This document shows positions 36,568 to 47,023 of a stretch of 64,000 bases of DNA, piece by piece. The translations under genes were made by a program, and so were the position numbers. How positions within the stretch are numbered: position 1 is the stretch's first letter; each line of letters starts with the position of its first letter. The notes beneath the pieces were generated by a model. It searched no databases. It had not been told where the DNA came from and worked only from the letters and a program-made list of their open reading frames with translations. The DNA is from a virus (Duplodnaviria > Caudoviricetes). The stretch is from the IMG/VR virus record IMGVR_UViG_3300013383_000027, positions 19,008 through 83,007 of that record; one strand, written 5' to 3'.

Positions 36568-37160
36568 CAGCTGAATATACTCCCCAATGCCCCTACGACA
36601 CCAGAAACTTTTCCAAGCTGCCCCGGCGTCACGCTGAAGTCTATCGCGGAACAGTTCATCGTGAACGTCTGTACGTCGCCGCCGCTGTGCTGGAAGGACA
36701 AGCCTGAGCAACTTTTCAGCCTAACACCGTTAAGCTTTATTATCGTCCCCTTGTGCTTGTCGTCTCCTATTGCCTTGATTGTGATTGTGTATCCGCTATT
36801 CGTGATCGCGCTACCAGAATCATTGACAAGGAAGTTTGTCAGTGCGGTGTAGATATATCCGGACGCGTCATTTATGACTGTCATGCTGAAATCATGCTCG
36901 TACTCAAAGTTCTGCGGTATTTCAACGAGCTTTCCGTCAAAATACAGGTTTGTGACATTCTGCTTGACTCCAGGAGATGAAATTTGTGTAATGAAGAAAG
37001 ACGACTGCGGTATTGCGGAGAACACGGCTTCGTACCGGCTCGTTATCTGGACGCCGAGAGAATCCATGGCTGACATGAACTTCTTCAGCGAGTTCTCCTT
37101 TCCGAATCCCGCCTGAATACTTGAAGCCGCACCTATCAGATTTCCCAACTCAAGACCCAT
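36567..37160 (-). CDS. Tail-tube-like paralog 2, 197 aa (no TAG)
   Basis: SRYEAVF..SPG..N.YFDGKLVEIP..YEHDFSMTVINDASG is a gp19-type pattern. Confidence 0.7.
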   Translation of the reverse strand: MGLELGNLIGAASSIQAGFGKENSLKKFMSAMDSLGVQITSRYEAVFSAIPQSSFFITQISSPGVKQNVTNLYFDGKLVEIPQNFEYEHDFSMTVINDASGYIYTALTNFLVNDSGSAITNSGYTITIKAIGDDKHKGTIIKLNGVRLKSCSGLSFQHSGGDVQTFTMNCSAIDFSVTPGQLGKVSGVVGALGSIFS

Positions 37161-37177
37161 GACATCTACCTCTGAAA

Positions 37178-37184
37178 TATTTAC
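37178..37184 (-). promoter_or_regulatory. Late-promoter motif GTAAATA
   Basis: Upstream of ATG 37160. Confidence 0.65.
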
Positions 37185-37235
37185 AAAAAATTTGACAAGG
37201 AAGATGCCATGTCTTTAGCATGGCATAGAGTTCAC
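37185..37235 (+). mobile_element. 51-bp mini-element
   Basis: TTTAC|AAAAAATTTGACAAGGAAG-ATGCCATG-TCTTTAG-CATGGCAT-AGAGTTCAC. Confidence 0.85.
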
Positions 37236-37264
37236 AAAAACCGTGCGGTCTCCCACACGGTTTT
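37236..37264. terminator. Terminator after the major tube gene
   Basis: AAAAACCGTG...CACGGTTTT stem. Confidence 0.65.
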
Positions 37265-37340
37265 ATAACTCCTATGCTGAGAAAAGGCAACCATCTCCAG
37301 AGGCTACCAGCTTCAACGCACCTCATCAATTGGAAATCAA

Positions 37341-37916
37341 TCAGACCTGGTTCGAGAATGCACCCGCGTTTACCGAACCCTTCTCAATCTGCCAGTACGT
37401 GCTCCTGAAGGAAACCGTGAAGGTGGAAACACTGGCTTCTGTGTTCGACACCGTCAATGCTCCGACATCTGCGATCCTGACACCGACGAGCTTGTACGAT
37501 TCGGAGATTGTCTCCATGTCGTTGTCTAGTAGGTTGATTCGCATTATGGAGCCTGTGTTGAGACGCCTGTCCCCTTTGAGAATCGAGCCACCTTCGATAT
37601 CCGGATCCCATGTCTTCGACTGCCACGCGAGAAACGCCCTGCGGATTTCTCCGTTTGCGTCGGCGTTGACAGTCATTGAGTGTTCGTTCGTCATTTGCTG
37701 GTTTGTCGGAATCGGGAATGCATACCCCTTGAACGATACGTCGGCATAGCTTGTTGTTCTGGACGGGATCTCGAATCCTTGTCCATACATCGTTATGTCC
37801 TTCAAAACCGCATCGACATCCGAATATCCGGACGTGATGTAAAGCTCGAACATGTTTGTCGTGCGGATCTGGTTCGTCGTCAGCTTGTTGAGAAATTCGT
37901 TTAGGGCTCGTGCCAT
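37341..37916 (-). CDS. Major tail tube protein, T4 gp19-like, 191 aa (no TAG)
   Basis: RTTNMFEL, EIPSRT..DVSFKG..PIP, HSMTVNAD..IRRAFLAWQ, FTVSFRSTYW; SD AGGAG. Confidence 0.9.
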   Translation of the reverse strand: MARALNEFLNKLTTNQIRTTNMFELYITSGYSDVDAVLKDITMYGQGFEIPSRTTSYADVSFKGYAFPIPTNQQMTNEHSMTVNADANGEIRRAFLAWQSKTWDPDIEGGSILKGDRRLNTGSIMRINLLDNDMETISESYKLVGVRIADVGALTVSNTEASVSTFTVSFRSTYWQIEKGSVNAGAFSNQV

Positions 37917-37941
37917 TTTATGTCTCCTGTTTCTATAATAT

Positions 37942-37948
37942 TATTTAC
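37942..37948 (-). promoter_or_regulatory. Late-promoter motif GTAAATA
   Basis: Upstream of the major tube gene ATG 37916. Confidence 0.65.
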
Positions 37949-37999
37949 AAAAAATGACGATTGTGGTTCGCCCCATGAATTTACAAAGAAAAAACACAG

Positions 38000-38027
38000 T
38001 TGACGATTTAAACAAAAACCGTATAAT
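38000..38027 (+). promoter_or_regulatory. Sigma70-like promoter of the homing endonuclease
   Basis: TTGACG-N16-TATAAT. Confidence 0.7.
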
Positions 38028-38058
38028 ACTTACTACTTAGCTTTATCTGGAAATTCCT

Positions 38059-39789
38059 ATGACATACAAAGAAATATCGCTCTTTCTCGAAAACTTGAAT
38101 ATCGGAAAATCGAAACGTGAAATTTTCCTGAAAAACCACTGTCCAGATATTTTAAATGAAATTTTAAAAGCAACGAAGTTTCTCGATGAGACGAACAAGG
38201 ACGACCGTGAGATAACTTTTGCTGAACGCGTTTTCTGCATCCTGCATAATATTCACGAACGTCCAAAATGCATACAATGTGGTTCTTATGTGATGTTTGC
38301 TAAAGATCGTGGTTGCTATCGTGAATTTTGTTCTCAAACATGTTCGAGAAAAAGCGAACAGACAAAGACGAAACGAAAAACCACAACATTGGAACGCTAT
38401 GGAAGTGAAACATTCCACAACATCGAAAAAGCAAAGAAAACAAGATTTGAACACAACAAAGGCAAATGGCATTCAGATGATTTCTCTAAAAAAGTGAAAG
38501 AGACGAAATTTGGGAAATATGGAGATGAAAACTGGAGCAATCCTGAAAAAACATCAAAGACAAATATGGGAAAATATGGCGTAGTCTATCCATTCCAATC
38601 AAAAGAAATAAGAAGCCGTGCCGTTGAGTCTTTTATGAAAAAACACAACGGAATATCTTGTGTGTTCAAACTTCCGTCTGTTATGAAAAAAACACACAAA
38701 GGAATAAGAAAAAGATCATACGGTTTCATTTTGGAAGATAAGAACATAACTCCGAATTTCACAGAAGAAGAGTACGTGAACGGTTCTTCCGAAACCGAAT
38801 TTGAATTCATATGCAGCAAATGTGGTTCGAAATTCAAATCGACATGGGAGCGTGGATTTTGCAAAAGATGTCCTACATGTTATCCTGAACCGTTTGGTAT
38901 GTCGAATGCAGAATGTGAACTTTATGAATTCCTGAAAAACAACTGTGGTTCTAAATGGTCTGTTTTTCATCGCACAGATATAAACAAAAACATTTTAAAT
39001 AAACGTGAAATAGATATTGTCCTGAAAAGTGTTTCAGGACAATATCTATGTATAGAATATGATGGACTTTTCTATCATTCGGAAGAAAATGGAAAACACA
39101 CAAACTATCACTTGTCCAAAACAGAAGAGTGTGAAAAATCTGGCATTCAGTTAATCCATATTTTCGAGAATGAATGGATTTCAAAACAAAAAATAGTCGA
39201 ATCGAGATTATTAAACCTACTCGGAATATACGAAAACACGGTGTATGCAAGAAAGTGTTCAATAAAAACAGTAGATAAAGATACAAAAGACAGATTTCTT
39301 GATCAAAATCACATCCAGGGAAAATGTTCATCTAGTTTTAACTGTGGTTTATATTTTGAAAATGATTTAATTTCATTAATGACTTTTGGAAAATCTCGCT
39401 TTTCAAAAAAATACGAATGGGAATTGATAAGATTCTGCAACAAAACGGGTTATCATGTTCCTGGTTCGGCCGGAAAACTGCTAAAATTCTTTGAAAAGAC
39501 AATGAAGCCAAAATCAATTGTCTCTTATGCGGACAGAAGATGGTCTGTTGGAAAACTATACTATTCACTTGGATTCAATCTAGACCACACATCAAACCCA
39601 AACTACTGGTATTTCAAGCCAAATAAACCATATGTAATCTACAACCGAATTGGGTTTCAGAAGCACAAATTACCGAAACTGCTGAAAGAATACGACCCAA
39701 AACTTTCCGAAACAAAAAACATGGAAAACAACGGATACATGAGACTGTGGGATTGTGGAAATCTGGTATTTGTGAAGACTTGTACTTAA
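38059..39789 (+). CDS. Free-standing Hef-like homing endonuclease (basic repeats, Vsr/PD-(D/E)XK-like domain, GNAT-like C-terminus), 576 aa
   Basis: REIDI..IEYDGLFYHS..KTEECEKSGIQLIHIFENEW; IVSYADRRWS; WDCGNLVF. AT-rich and oriented opposite to the tail genes. Confidence 0.8.
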   Translation: MTYKEISLFLENLNIGKSKREIFLKNHCPDILNEILKATKFLDETNKDDREITFAERVFCILHNIHERPKCIQCGSYVMFAKDRGCYREFCSQTCSRKSEQTKTKRKTTTLERYGSETFHNIEKAKKTRFEHNKGKWHSDDFSKKVKETKFGKYGDENWSNPEKTSKTNMGKYGVVYPFQSKEIRSRAVESFMKKHNGISCVFKLPSVMKKTHKGIRKRSYGFILEDKNITPNFTEEEYVNGSSETEFEFICSKCGSKFKSTWERGFCKRCPTCYPEPFGMSNAECELYEFLKNNCGSKWSVFHRTDINKNILNKREIDIVLKSVSGQYLCIEYDGLFYHSEENGKHTNYHLSKTEECEKSGIQLIHIFENEWISKQKIVESRLLNLLGIYENTVYARKCSIKTVDKDTKDRFLDQNHIQGKCSSSFNCGLYFENDLISLMTFGKSRFSKKYEWELIRFCNKTGYHVPGSAGKLLKFFEKTMKPKSIVSYADRRWSVGKLYYSLGFNLDHTSNPNYWYFKPNKPYVIYNRIGFQKHKLPKLLKEYDPKLSETKNMENNGYMRLWDCGNLVFVKTCT

Positions 39790-39840
39790 GTGAACTCTAT
39801 GCCAGGCTAAAGACCTGGCATCTTTCTCGTCAAGTTTTCT
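39790..39840 (-). mobile_element. 51-bp mini-element abutting the stop codon of the homing endonuclease
   Basis: Reverse complement matches the 22800 copy; TTTAC at 39841-39845 on the minus strand. Confidence 0.85.
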
Positions 39841-39842
39841 GT

Positions 39843-39876
39843 AAAAAAGAAGACCCGGTCGGGTCTTCTTTTTTTT
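39843..39876. terminator. Bidirectional terminator between the endonuclease and sheath 1
   Basis: AAAAAAGAAGACCC-GGTC-GGGTCTTCTTTTTTTT. Confidence 0.8.
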
Positions 39877-39893
39877 GGTTTCTTTATTTTTTT

Positions 39894-42560
39894 TTAATTC
39901 ATCTCATCCCACGAACCGCCAGTTCCAAGGGCGTAGAAGTCGATGAGGATGAATTCAGCCGTCTTCACTGGCTTAAGACCAATCTTGACCTTCAACTCAT
40001 TGTTGTCAATTGTGTTTGCATCATTGATTGACTCGTCACAGATGATCTTGTAGTCATAGAGACCACCACCACATTTCACCTTGTAGAAGATTGGATCAAG
40101 TGTGTCAATGAGACGCTGACGGGTGTATGCGGTGTTTCCTTCATAGACAAAGTAGCGAGCAACTTTGAATGTCTGCCTTTCGAGGCGAAGGAAGAGGCGC
40201 CTCACGTTGACCCTATCGAAAGCACTGGGCTTGACTTGGAATGTCTTCTGTCCCTCAAGGACGATACCATCTGTCGGATAGTTGATTGCGTAGTTCCAGT
40301 TCTTCTCATAAATCGTTCCGGCTTGTTTTGAGGTTGGCGAGAACGCAACGTCGGTAGCCGAAACAAGACCACGGTTCAGTCCGGCTGGGGCGTCCCAGTA
40401 ATTCGCATTGGAATCTGTGTAGATGTAGACACCCATAGCCTTTATGGAAGGGGGGCACCAGAAGAAGTCTCCTGTGAACTCATCGGCAACCTCAAACCAG
40501 TCCATGTATCCGGCGCCGTAGTTTGTGTTAAGACCGGTAATGTATTTGATATACGGAAGGATGTTGGTGTCGATGCTGTTTGTAGGCTTCGACGGACGGA
40601 CAATCTTCTTCTGTCCGTCGATAACGAGTGGACGAAGACCGTCTGCAATGAACATGCAATCCTTCCTGACATTCTTACAGAAATTGTCGTACTTCTGTTC
40701 GATCGACTTCCATGTCTTGACTGCAGAATCGTTCGAGTTGATCTTCCAGAGCGAGCACGCCGTTGCGCCCGTAGCCTCATTGACCATCGCGTTTAGATCA
40801 TACTTGCCCTTTCCGCCATAGACTTTCTTGATAAATGAACCGATGTTGGCAAGTCCTGCGTCCACAACGATGTCTATGTCGCGCTCGTTTACGTCAGATA
40901 CCTTGTTGAAGCTGCGCGTGATACCCTCGTAGATCGAGCGGTCAAGAGAGATGTCCTCTTCTGTCATGTACGAATAAAACCCGAGTGAGGCAGAATTGTC
41001 GGTCGGTTTCGAGATTATAATGTCGCACTTCTCGATATAATTTTTCTTGTCAGACGAGGTGTTGAAGCAGTTCGAGAAGACATTGATGTACTCAGATGTT
41101 GTATTGACTATGGTATCAATAAACGTCGTGACACCAGTGTTCGGATCGACGTCTTCCTTGTAGAGCGAGCCGACGAACGCCTCGACCGGCTCGAACGCAA
41201 TCTTATTGCCCTCGGACGAATCGATGTAAGTTTTGAACACGACGATGCCGATCTTCTTGAAGTGGGTCCTGTCGAACCCCTCTCCGGTCTTGTCGAGTTC
41301 TATCGTGTTGAAGTACGCGTTGGCCACCTGTGAAATCGTCTCGGGAATGTCATCGTCGCCATCCTCTGCGTGAATTCCGGCATAACCATCCAGGTAGGAA
41401 TATAGCTTTGAGACGGAAGTCTGACAGTCTCCAACCGTGCTGTCTTCCTCTATCCTAAGCTCATCAAGCGCATTGGCCTCCGCGATTAGTGAATCGGAGT
41501 TAAGCTCGTCCGCTATCTTGAGCATCTGTGCCTTGACTGCATCGGCAGCGGCATTTATGAGTTCCGGCCATTCCCTTATTGAATCGGGTGCACCGGAAAG
41601 ACCGTTTTCCTCATAGTACTTCTTCACAATCTCGTCAAGACCGGAGAGCGTCGTGTCCTCCTTAAGCTGTTCCTGGACGAGGGTCATGCATTCGGCGAGC
41701 GTATCGTTTATCTGTCCTATCGTCTCAAGATTTGACGTAAGGCTCTCATACTTGACATAGAAGTGCTTGTAAACCGAGTTAAGCTGCTCGACGAGATCCG
41801 TGTTGTAAAGCTCAGCCATGCTCTTGTCGTTGTCTTCCTCATTCGTCGCATTTCCGGCGAGAATACCTCCGGTACCGGCTCTAAGCGTATCTATCTTGCC
41901 GAGTGGCTCGTAGAATTTGACCCGATACGGCTTTACGTCGATTAGCGACTGGGTGTAAAGGGCATTTGCGGCGGTTGTGATGACAGGAACTATTCCGAGC
42001 AACTCCCTCTGCATACCCTTGCGCGTGTCCGCGTCAATCATCTTGTAGGTGGCGCACGTTTTGTCGACGATTACGAATGTATTGCGCCCAACCTTCTCCT
42101 CGTTCGTCCTCCATGCATCGACGGATGCGGTATCGACAAGGTAGGGGGTATCGGCGGAATCGATGACATATGCATCCCTCACCGTTTTGTCGGAGTCGTG
42201 TATCTCGTGGAACCACCCGTTTTCCTTAAGCTCATTATAATCTTCCTTGAACGTGACGTTGTACTTGTGTGCTACCATCTTGTCACGCGCCTGATTGTCA
42301 TACGGAAGACGGGCGCAATAAAGAGTTCCGTTCTGGTTGATGACCTCCATGCAGGCATTGAAGAAATACCTCTCCGCCTCGTTGTCCGGTTCACCGTAAT
42401 AGTTTATCCACGCCGTGCGCGAAGAGAATTCCATCGGGACGTAGGGTTCGCCCTTGTTGGCGAATCCCATGACAAAGCACTTCGTGCCGGTCTCGGTTTT
42501 CGCGTACTGCGACTTGTCAATTTCTTTTATCTCAACTCCAGGAGCCTGAATAGTTCTCAT
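39894..42560 (-). CDS. Tail sheath protein 1, T4 gp18-like, 888 aa (no TAG)
   Basis: N-terminal APGVEIKEID; WDAPAGLNRG; DRVNVRRLF; KPVKTAEFILIDF. Confidence 0.95.
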   Translation of the reverse strand: MRTIQAPGVEIKEIDKSQYAKTETGTKCFVMGFANKGEPYVPMEFSSRTAWINYYGEPDNEAERYFFNACMEVINQNGTLYCARLPYDNQARDKMVAHKYNVTFKEDYNELKENGWFHEIHDSDKTVRDAYVIDSADTPYLVDTASVDAWRTNEEKVGRNTFVIVDKTCATYKMIDADTRKGMQRELLGIVPVITTAANALYTQSLIDVKPYRVKFYEPLGKIDTLRAGTGGILAGNATNEEDNDKSMAELYNTDLVEQLNSVYKHFYVKYESLTSNLETIGQINDTLAECMTLVQEQLKEDTTLSGLDEIVKKYYEENGLSGAPDSIREWPELINAAADAVKAQMLKIADELNSDSLIAEANALDELRIEEDSTVGDCQTSVSKLYSYLDGYAGIHAEDGDDDIPETISQVANAYFNTIELDKTGEGFDRTHFKKIGIVVFKTYIDSSEGNKIAFEPVEAFVGSLYKEDVDPNTGVTTFIDTIVNTTSEYINVFSNCFNTSSDKKNYIEKCDIIISKPTDNSASLGFYSYMTEEDISLDRSIYEGITRSFNKVSDVNERDIDIVVDAGLANIGSFIKKVYGGKGKYDLNAMVNEATGATACSLWKINSNDSAVKTWKSIEQKYDNFCKNVRKDCMFIADGLRPLVIDGQKKIVRPSKPTNSIDTNILPYIKYITGLNTNYGAGYMDWFEVADEFTGDFFWCPPSIKAMGVYIYTDSNANYWDAPAGLNRGLVSATDVAFSPTSKQAGTIYEKNWNYAINYPTDGIVLEGQKTFQVKPSAFDRVNVRRLFLRLERQTFKVARYFVYEGNTAYTRQRLIDTLDPIFYKVKCGGGLYDYKIICDESINDANTIDNNELKVKIGLKPVKTAEFILIDFYALGTGGSWDEMN

Positions 42561-42597
42561 TTTCGTCCTTTGCAGTCATTAAATCGTTATTCTCTGA

Positions 42598-42604
42598 TAT
42601 TTAC
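42598..42604 (-). promoter_or_regulatory. Late-promoter motif GTAAATA (no mini-element)
   Basis: Upstream of sheath 1 ATG 42560. Confidence 0.65.
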
Positions 42605-42634
42605 AAGAATCATCTCGGGAAGTGTTCCGAAAAA

Positions 42635-45580
42635 TCACAAGTTCCCAATCGTCACTTCCTCTACAGAAGCTCCTTGTGACGTACAGATGAAATTAAGGAC
42701 GATGAACTCCCCCGATTTCACAGGCTTGACCCCAAACGCGCAATGAAGCTCGTTGTTTTCAATCGTGTTCGCGTTGTTGTTCCTGTCGTCACAGACAATC
42801 CTGTAATCCTGTATTCCAAAACGGCTGACGGCATCGTCAAATATTGGGGACATCGTGTCAACAAACCTCTGCATCATGTAGTCTGTTATACCCTCGTAGA
42901 TAAAGAACTTGGACAGATACCTGACCCTGCTCTCGAGACCGAGGAACAAGCGTCTCACATTAACCCTATCAAAAGCCGTCTTGTCGGACTGGAACGTCTT
43001 CTGACCCTCAATGACTATCCCGTTTATCGGGTAGTTCATGGCATAGTTCCACGACGAGTTGTAGATAGCCCACGACTGCCTGTTTGTCGGGTTGAACGCG
43101 GTGTCGACAACGTCATTCGGGAGTACGCCACGATTGAGCCCGGCCGGGGCGTTCCAGTAGTTCGAGTATGCATCGGTGTAGAGGTACACGCCAGCAGCCT
43201 TGATTGATGGAGGACACCAGAAGAGGTCTCCGGTATGCCCGTCGACACACCTGAACCAGTTGCAATACCCAGCGCCATACGATGTATTGATTACACCGGA
43301 TATGTACTTCAGCTTCGGATGGATCTGGTTCTCGATTGTGTTCTGTGGGCTTGTGTCGCGCACAAGCTTCTCGTCCCCCTGCAGGCAGAACGGTCTCGGG
43401 GCGTCTGCGATGAACATGCAGTCCTTGCGGACGTTCTTGCAGAAATCGTCATACTTTTTGAGAATCATCTCCCATTCTACGGTATGGGTTTTCGAACTCA
43501 GCTTATGCTTGTACGATATCTTCGACAGGTTGTCATAATATCCTATCTCCCGCTAATAGACCGATTTTATGAACTGACCTATATTCGACACGCCCGCATC
43601 GACGACAAGATCAACCTCAGAGGTGTTGATATCCCTATTGTGGTCGAATATATAGTCTATTGCCCTGTTTAGAGAATTCTTTACGGATATGAGCTTATCG
43701 CTGTCCGACAAGTAAAGACCAAGCGAAACGGCATCGTTCTGTGATGCAATGAAAATTGATGCCTTGTCGGCGTCGTAGAGCTTGATGTTACCGTTCTCGG
43801 AGAACCTCACGTTGCTGAAGAACCTTATGTACCTCGACCCCTAGTTGACCATCGTGTCAAGGAAAATGGACGCTTTGGTAATCGGGTCGACAGCTTTGCG
43901 GTTCAACGAGCCGACGAACGATTCAACTGCGGAAAATGATATCTTATTGTTATTCGATCTATCGACGAACATCTGATAGACGACAACACCGACTCTCTTT
44001 AGCAGGTCCGTATCGTAATGACCATCCCTTGTGGTTATCTCCGGGAAGCTGGAGGACGCCACTAGCGAAAGCGTCACCTGCCCATCCTGTACGTCATTCT
44101 CCCCTCCGATGTCTTGTGAAAATCCTGTTATCGTCAATATGTCATTGTTAAGACCAACAAGATCGTTTGAGACATCCGCGTATTTCTCGACACCGTTCTC
44201 ATCGACATATACATACCTGTTTGTCGACTTTACGTTGCTGATTGTGCCAACGGGAGAATAGTCCTTGTTGCCCTGCCTTGAACGACCGAGCTGATTTTGT
44301 ACGTACAGTGCGTTTGCGGCGGTCGTGAACACCGGGAGAATTCCCGCATATTCGAGATTCTTATTCTTGAACGTGTCAATCTGATATCTCTGCCTGGATA
44401 TGTCCACAACGACAATCCGCCCGGTCTATACGGCAAGCCTGTTCGTCTGCAACTTGTCTAGTGTCTCCATCTCAAGCATACCAGACATCTTCCCCTCCTT
44501 CCGTCCAATTGACCTTATGCCAAGGTATGTCTATATGGACCCATCTGCCACCTTCAACTCGGTGAACTTTGTGTAGAGAAGTTCGTTTTCAAGGAACGAG
44601 CATATAACCTTGATGATCTTTTCTATGCAAACCTTGAACTACTTAGCCGCTTTTCTCGTTGCAACCAACAATACCTGTTTCTTGCTTGTTTCAAGAATTC
44701 CCTGACTTTGGGTTTTAAGCACTCTTTCTATCGAATAGTCCTCATCATACACGATTCCGGAAAGGAGATCCCTCAAGTCCTCAAGCTATGTCACGTAGTA
44801 GCTCAAACCCTTACTCCTCGCGAAACGCTCGACCCACTTGTCTGCACTAGAGAGTTCGGTTGAAAGTGTCTTCTGGAGTTCGTCAAATCCAACAATGCTT
44901 CCGTCGTCAAGACCGTATTTGGCACTGAGACCGAGAACCTCTTTGGGATTCTGCAAAACACTCAGGAGAACATCGTACTAGTTGTTCTAAAAGTAACCCC
45001 TGAACAGTGCATCGAAAGTCTCATAAAGCTCATATGGAACACTTGACTGATCCCTAACGAACTCGGCAAATTCGAGGGGTACAGACGTCTACACTGACAA
45101 GATATCGAAAATTTCGTGACACTCCAATTCGTCGACAATCGGATGCACAAGGAATTCGATAACATTCTGGTTGCACCACCACGATGGGATTTTGCCGGTA
45201 TCGACACTTACTTGAACCGCAATGTCGTATGGGTCGCTGAGGTTCGTCAATTTTGCATCGACCTCATACGTCGTGAACGCGAACTTGTTCATCGAGGCGT
45301 TGTCGTACGGGAGCTTCGCGCACCTCAGGTTTCCGCCGCGTTCCATTACCTCGTGTGCGGCGTTGTAGAAATACCGTTCAGCCTCGTTGGTCGGATATCC
45401 GTAAACGGACGCGAACTGCGCCATTGAACCTATTTGTCTCGTAATGTAGTCTTGTCCCATGTCGGCGAAACCCATCAGGAAGACCGTTGTGTCCACTATG
45501 CTGTTATCCTGTTCGTTGCCGTACGAGGAACGGTCTATCTCGTTCACTTCGAGACCTGGAGCCTAAATTGTTCTACTCAT
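42635..45580 (-). CDS. Tail sheath protein 2, gp18-like paralog, 981 aa (10 TAG)
   Basis: Starts MSRTI(TAG)APGLEVNEIDRS; C-terminal WNAPAGLNRG, DRVNVRRLF, KPVKSGEFIVLNF; frame open except for TAG. Confidence 0.9.
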
Positions 45581-45613
45581 TTCACGAAAACCCTGAGAAT
45601 TGTATTTCGGGAA

Positions 45614-45620
45614 TATTTAC
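45614..45620 (-). promoter_or_regulatory. Late-promoter motif GTAAATA
   Basis: Upstream of sheath 2 ATG 45580. Confidence 0.65.
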
Positions 45621-45665
45621 AAGAGAAATGACGAGAAAGATGTCGGGTCTTCAGCTGTGAAATCG
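45621..45665 (+). mobile_element. Degenerate mini-element / left end of the decayed tnpB element
   Basis: TTTAC|AAGAGAAATGACGAGAAAGATGTCGGGTCTTCAGCTG. Confidence 0.6.
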
Positions 45666-45679
45666 CATAGTTTTTAGAT

Positions 45680-45933
45680 GATCTCATTTGCAGGAACTGT
45701 AGGCAATAGCTAAGAAAGAGAAATCTCAGTGGAATGGCAAGTATCTTCAGTGATTGTGGATATAAATTTGATAGGGACACTCATTCAGCAAAAAACACAC
45801 AATTTCGTACCGGTGGAACATCGAGAAATCACGTTTGTGTAATTCAAGATATCTAGAGATGACACTTATGGTGTTGACAAGTCTGGACACTGAAACAAGA
45901 CACACCTTGTCTTCAGCACGGTATAGAGTTCAC
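45680..45933 (+). pseudogene. tnpB: Degenerate tnpB 3' end (Zn ribbon) with omegaRNA/right end ending GAGTTCAC
   Basis: Translates as ICRNCRQ*LRKRNLS..DCGYKFDRDTHSAKN (CG..DRD.NAA.N motif), followed by GTACCGGTGGAACATCGAGAAATCACGTTTGTG and the terminal hairpin. Confidence 0.75.
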
Positions 45934-46048
45934 AAAAACCCTCATTTAATGTGTGAAAAAAAAATATTTTTTCTTACGATAATAGACAGAAAACAAACAT
46001 TTATAATGAAAAATGTCAAATATCGGAAAATGCTAATGAAAATGACTA

Positions 46049-46077
46049 TTGACTTTTTGTTAAGAAAATGTTATTAT
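46049..46077 (+). promoter_or_regulatory. Sigma70-like promoter with no obvious ORF downstream (faces the tnpB remnant)
   Basis: TTGACT-N17-TATTAT. Confidence 0.45.
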
Positions 46078-46238
46078 TTAAATACTTCTTTGATTTGATT
46101 AATAAATCTTCATTACAACTAAATCAATATCAATTCAAAATTACAACTTTCTCCTGTTTCACATGGCTTGACGAAGTCAAGACATCCGTAAAAATATTCA
46201 CTGACTGAATGTATTTAAAATATAAAAACTTTAGTCAA

Positions 46239-46769
46239 TTAAATAAAACTGTATTTAAACAATAGTTTTTGACTATAGAATTTACTGAAAACTGCGTTAT
46301 GGACATAATCCTGAAGCAGAAATCGATATTTCACTTTCGATTTTTTGATTTCTTGAAATGCTGATTTCCAGTTATCAAATCCAGATAGTGTTTGCTTCCA
46401 TTGCTCATCTATTCTTTCATCTTTGATATTTGGATAGAACCAACTTTTCTCAAACTTTCTGTATCCTCTTCTTGCTATTTCTATTGATGAAGCAACCATG
46501 TCTGGAGTATTTTTGTTTCCATACATGATATTTCCAATAAAACTTGAATAGCAAGGATTGACTTCAACTAAACTGAAATTGCAAAGTAAGGAAAGTGATT
46601 TCAGTTTATTGACAAACAAATTTCTATTCCATACATTATTGCATAGTCTATTGAAATACTTTCCTTGTTTTTTATCGGAACTTTTAATTGACAAATCTTC
46701 AATAACTACCTTGTCACATTTCCAATAATCAACAAGATTGCAAATATCATGAAAATACAAATACCACAA
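46239..46769 (-). pseudogene. tnpB: 5'-truncated TnpB-related (IS200/IS605 accessory, Cas12f-like) RuvC protein, C-terminal 176 aa
   Basis: VVIEDL (RuvC-II), EVNPCYSSFIGN and PDMVASSIEIARRG (RuvC-III). No RuvC-I region; a TGA lies 14 codons upstream of the TTG. Confidence 0.7.
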
Positions 46770-46823
46770 CCATGCAGGTGTACCTTCATGCCATTTCTAT
46801 TCTAAATGTCAATATCTGTTCAC

Positions 46824-46873
46824 ACAAAAATGACAAGAAAGATGCCTTGTCTTCAGCATAGCATAGAGTTCAC
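46824..46873 (+). mobile_element. Mini-element preceded by TTCAC instead of TTTAC
   Basis: GTTCAC|ACAAAAATGACAAGAAAGATGCCTTGTCTTCAGCATAGCATAGAGTTCAC. Confidence 0.75.
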
Positions 46874-46988
46874 TATTGAAAAAATATTCTACCGATTCAT
46901 GACAACATCTGAAGAAGATTACCTTTTCTCAGCATAGGGGTTATAAAAAATATAAAAATGATATATGTTTGGAAAATGCATATTTTTC

Positions 46989-47017
46989 TTGATTTTTAGT
47001 GAAAAAAACGATATAAT
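46989..47017 (+). promoter_or_regulatory. Sigma70-like promoter of uvsY-uvsW
   Basis: TTGATT-N17-TATAAT. Confidence 0.7.
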
Positions 47018-47023
47018 GGTGTT

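Noticed and set aside
1-45580. Decayed prophage with many nonsense pseudogenes
   Set aside because: Interruptions are only TAG, never TAA/TGA or frameshifts; readthrough restores full lengths and start/stop couplings; a TAG aligns with Gln in the sheath paralog.
35692-45580. Bacterial contractile injection system or T6SS explaining multiple sheaths/tubes
   Set aside because: Neck gp14, gp15, head-completion gp4, UvsW/UvsY, gp46/47 and T4-type late promoters indicate a tailed phage.
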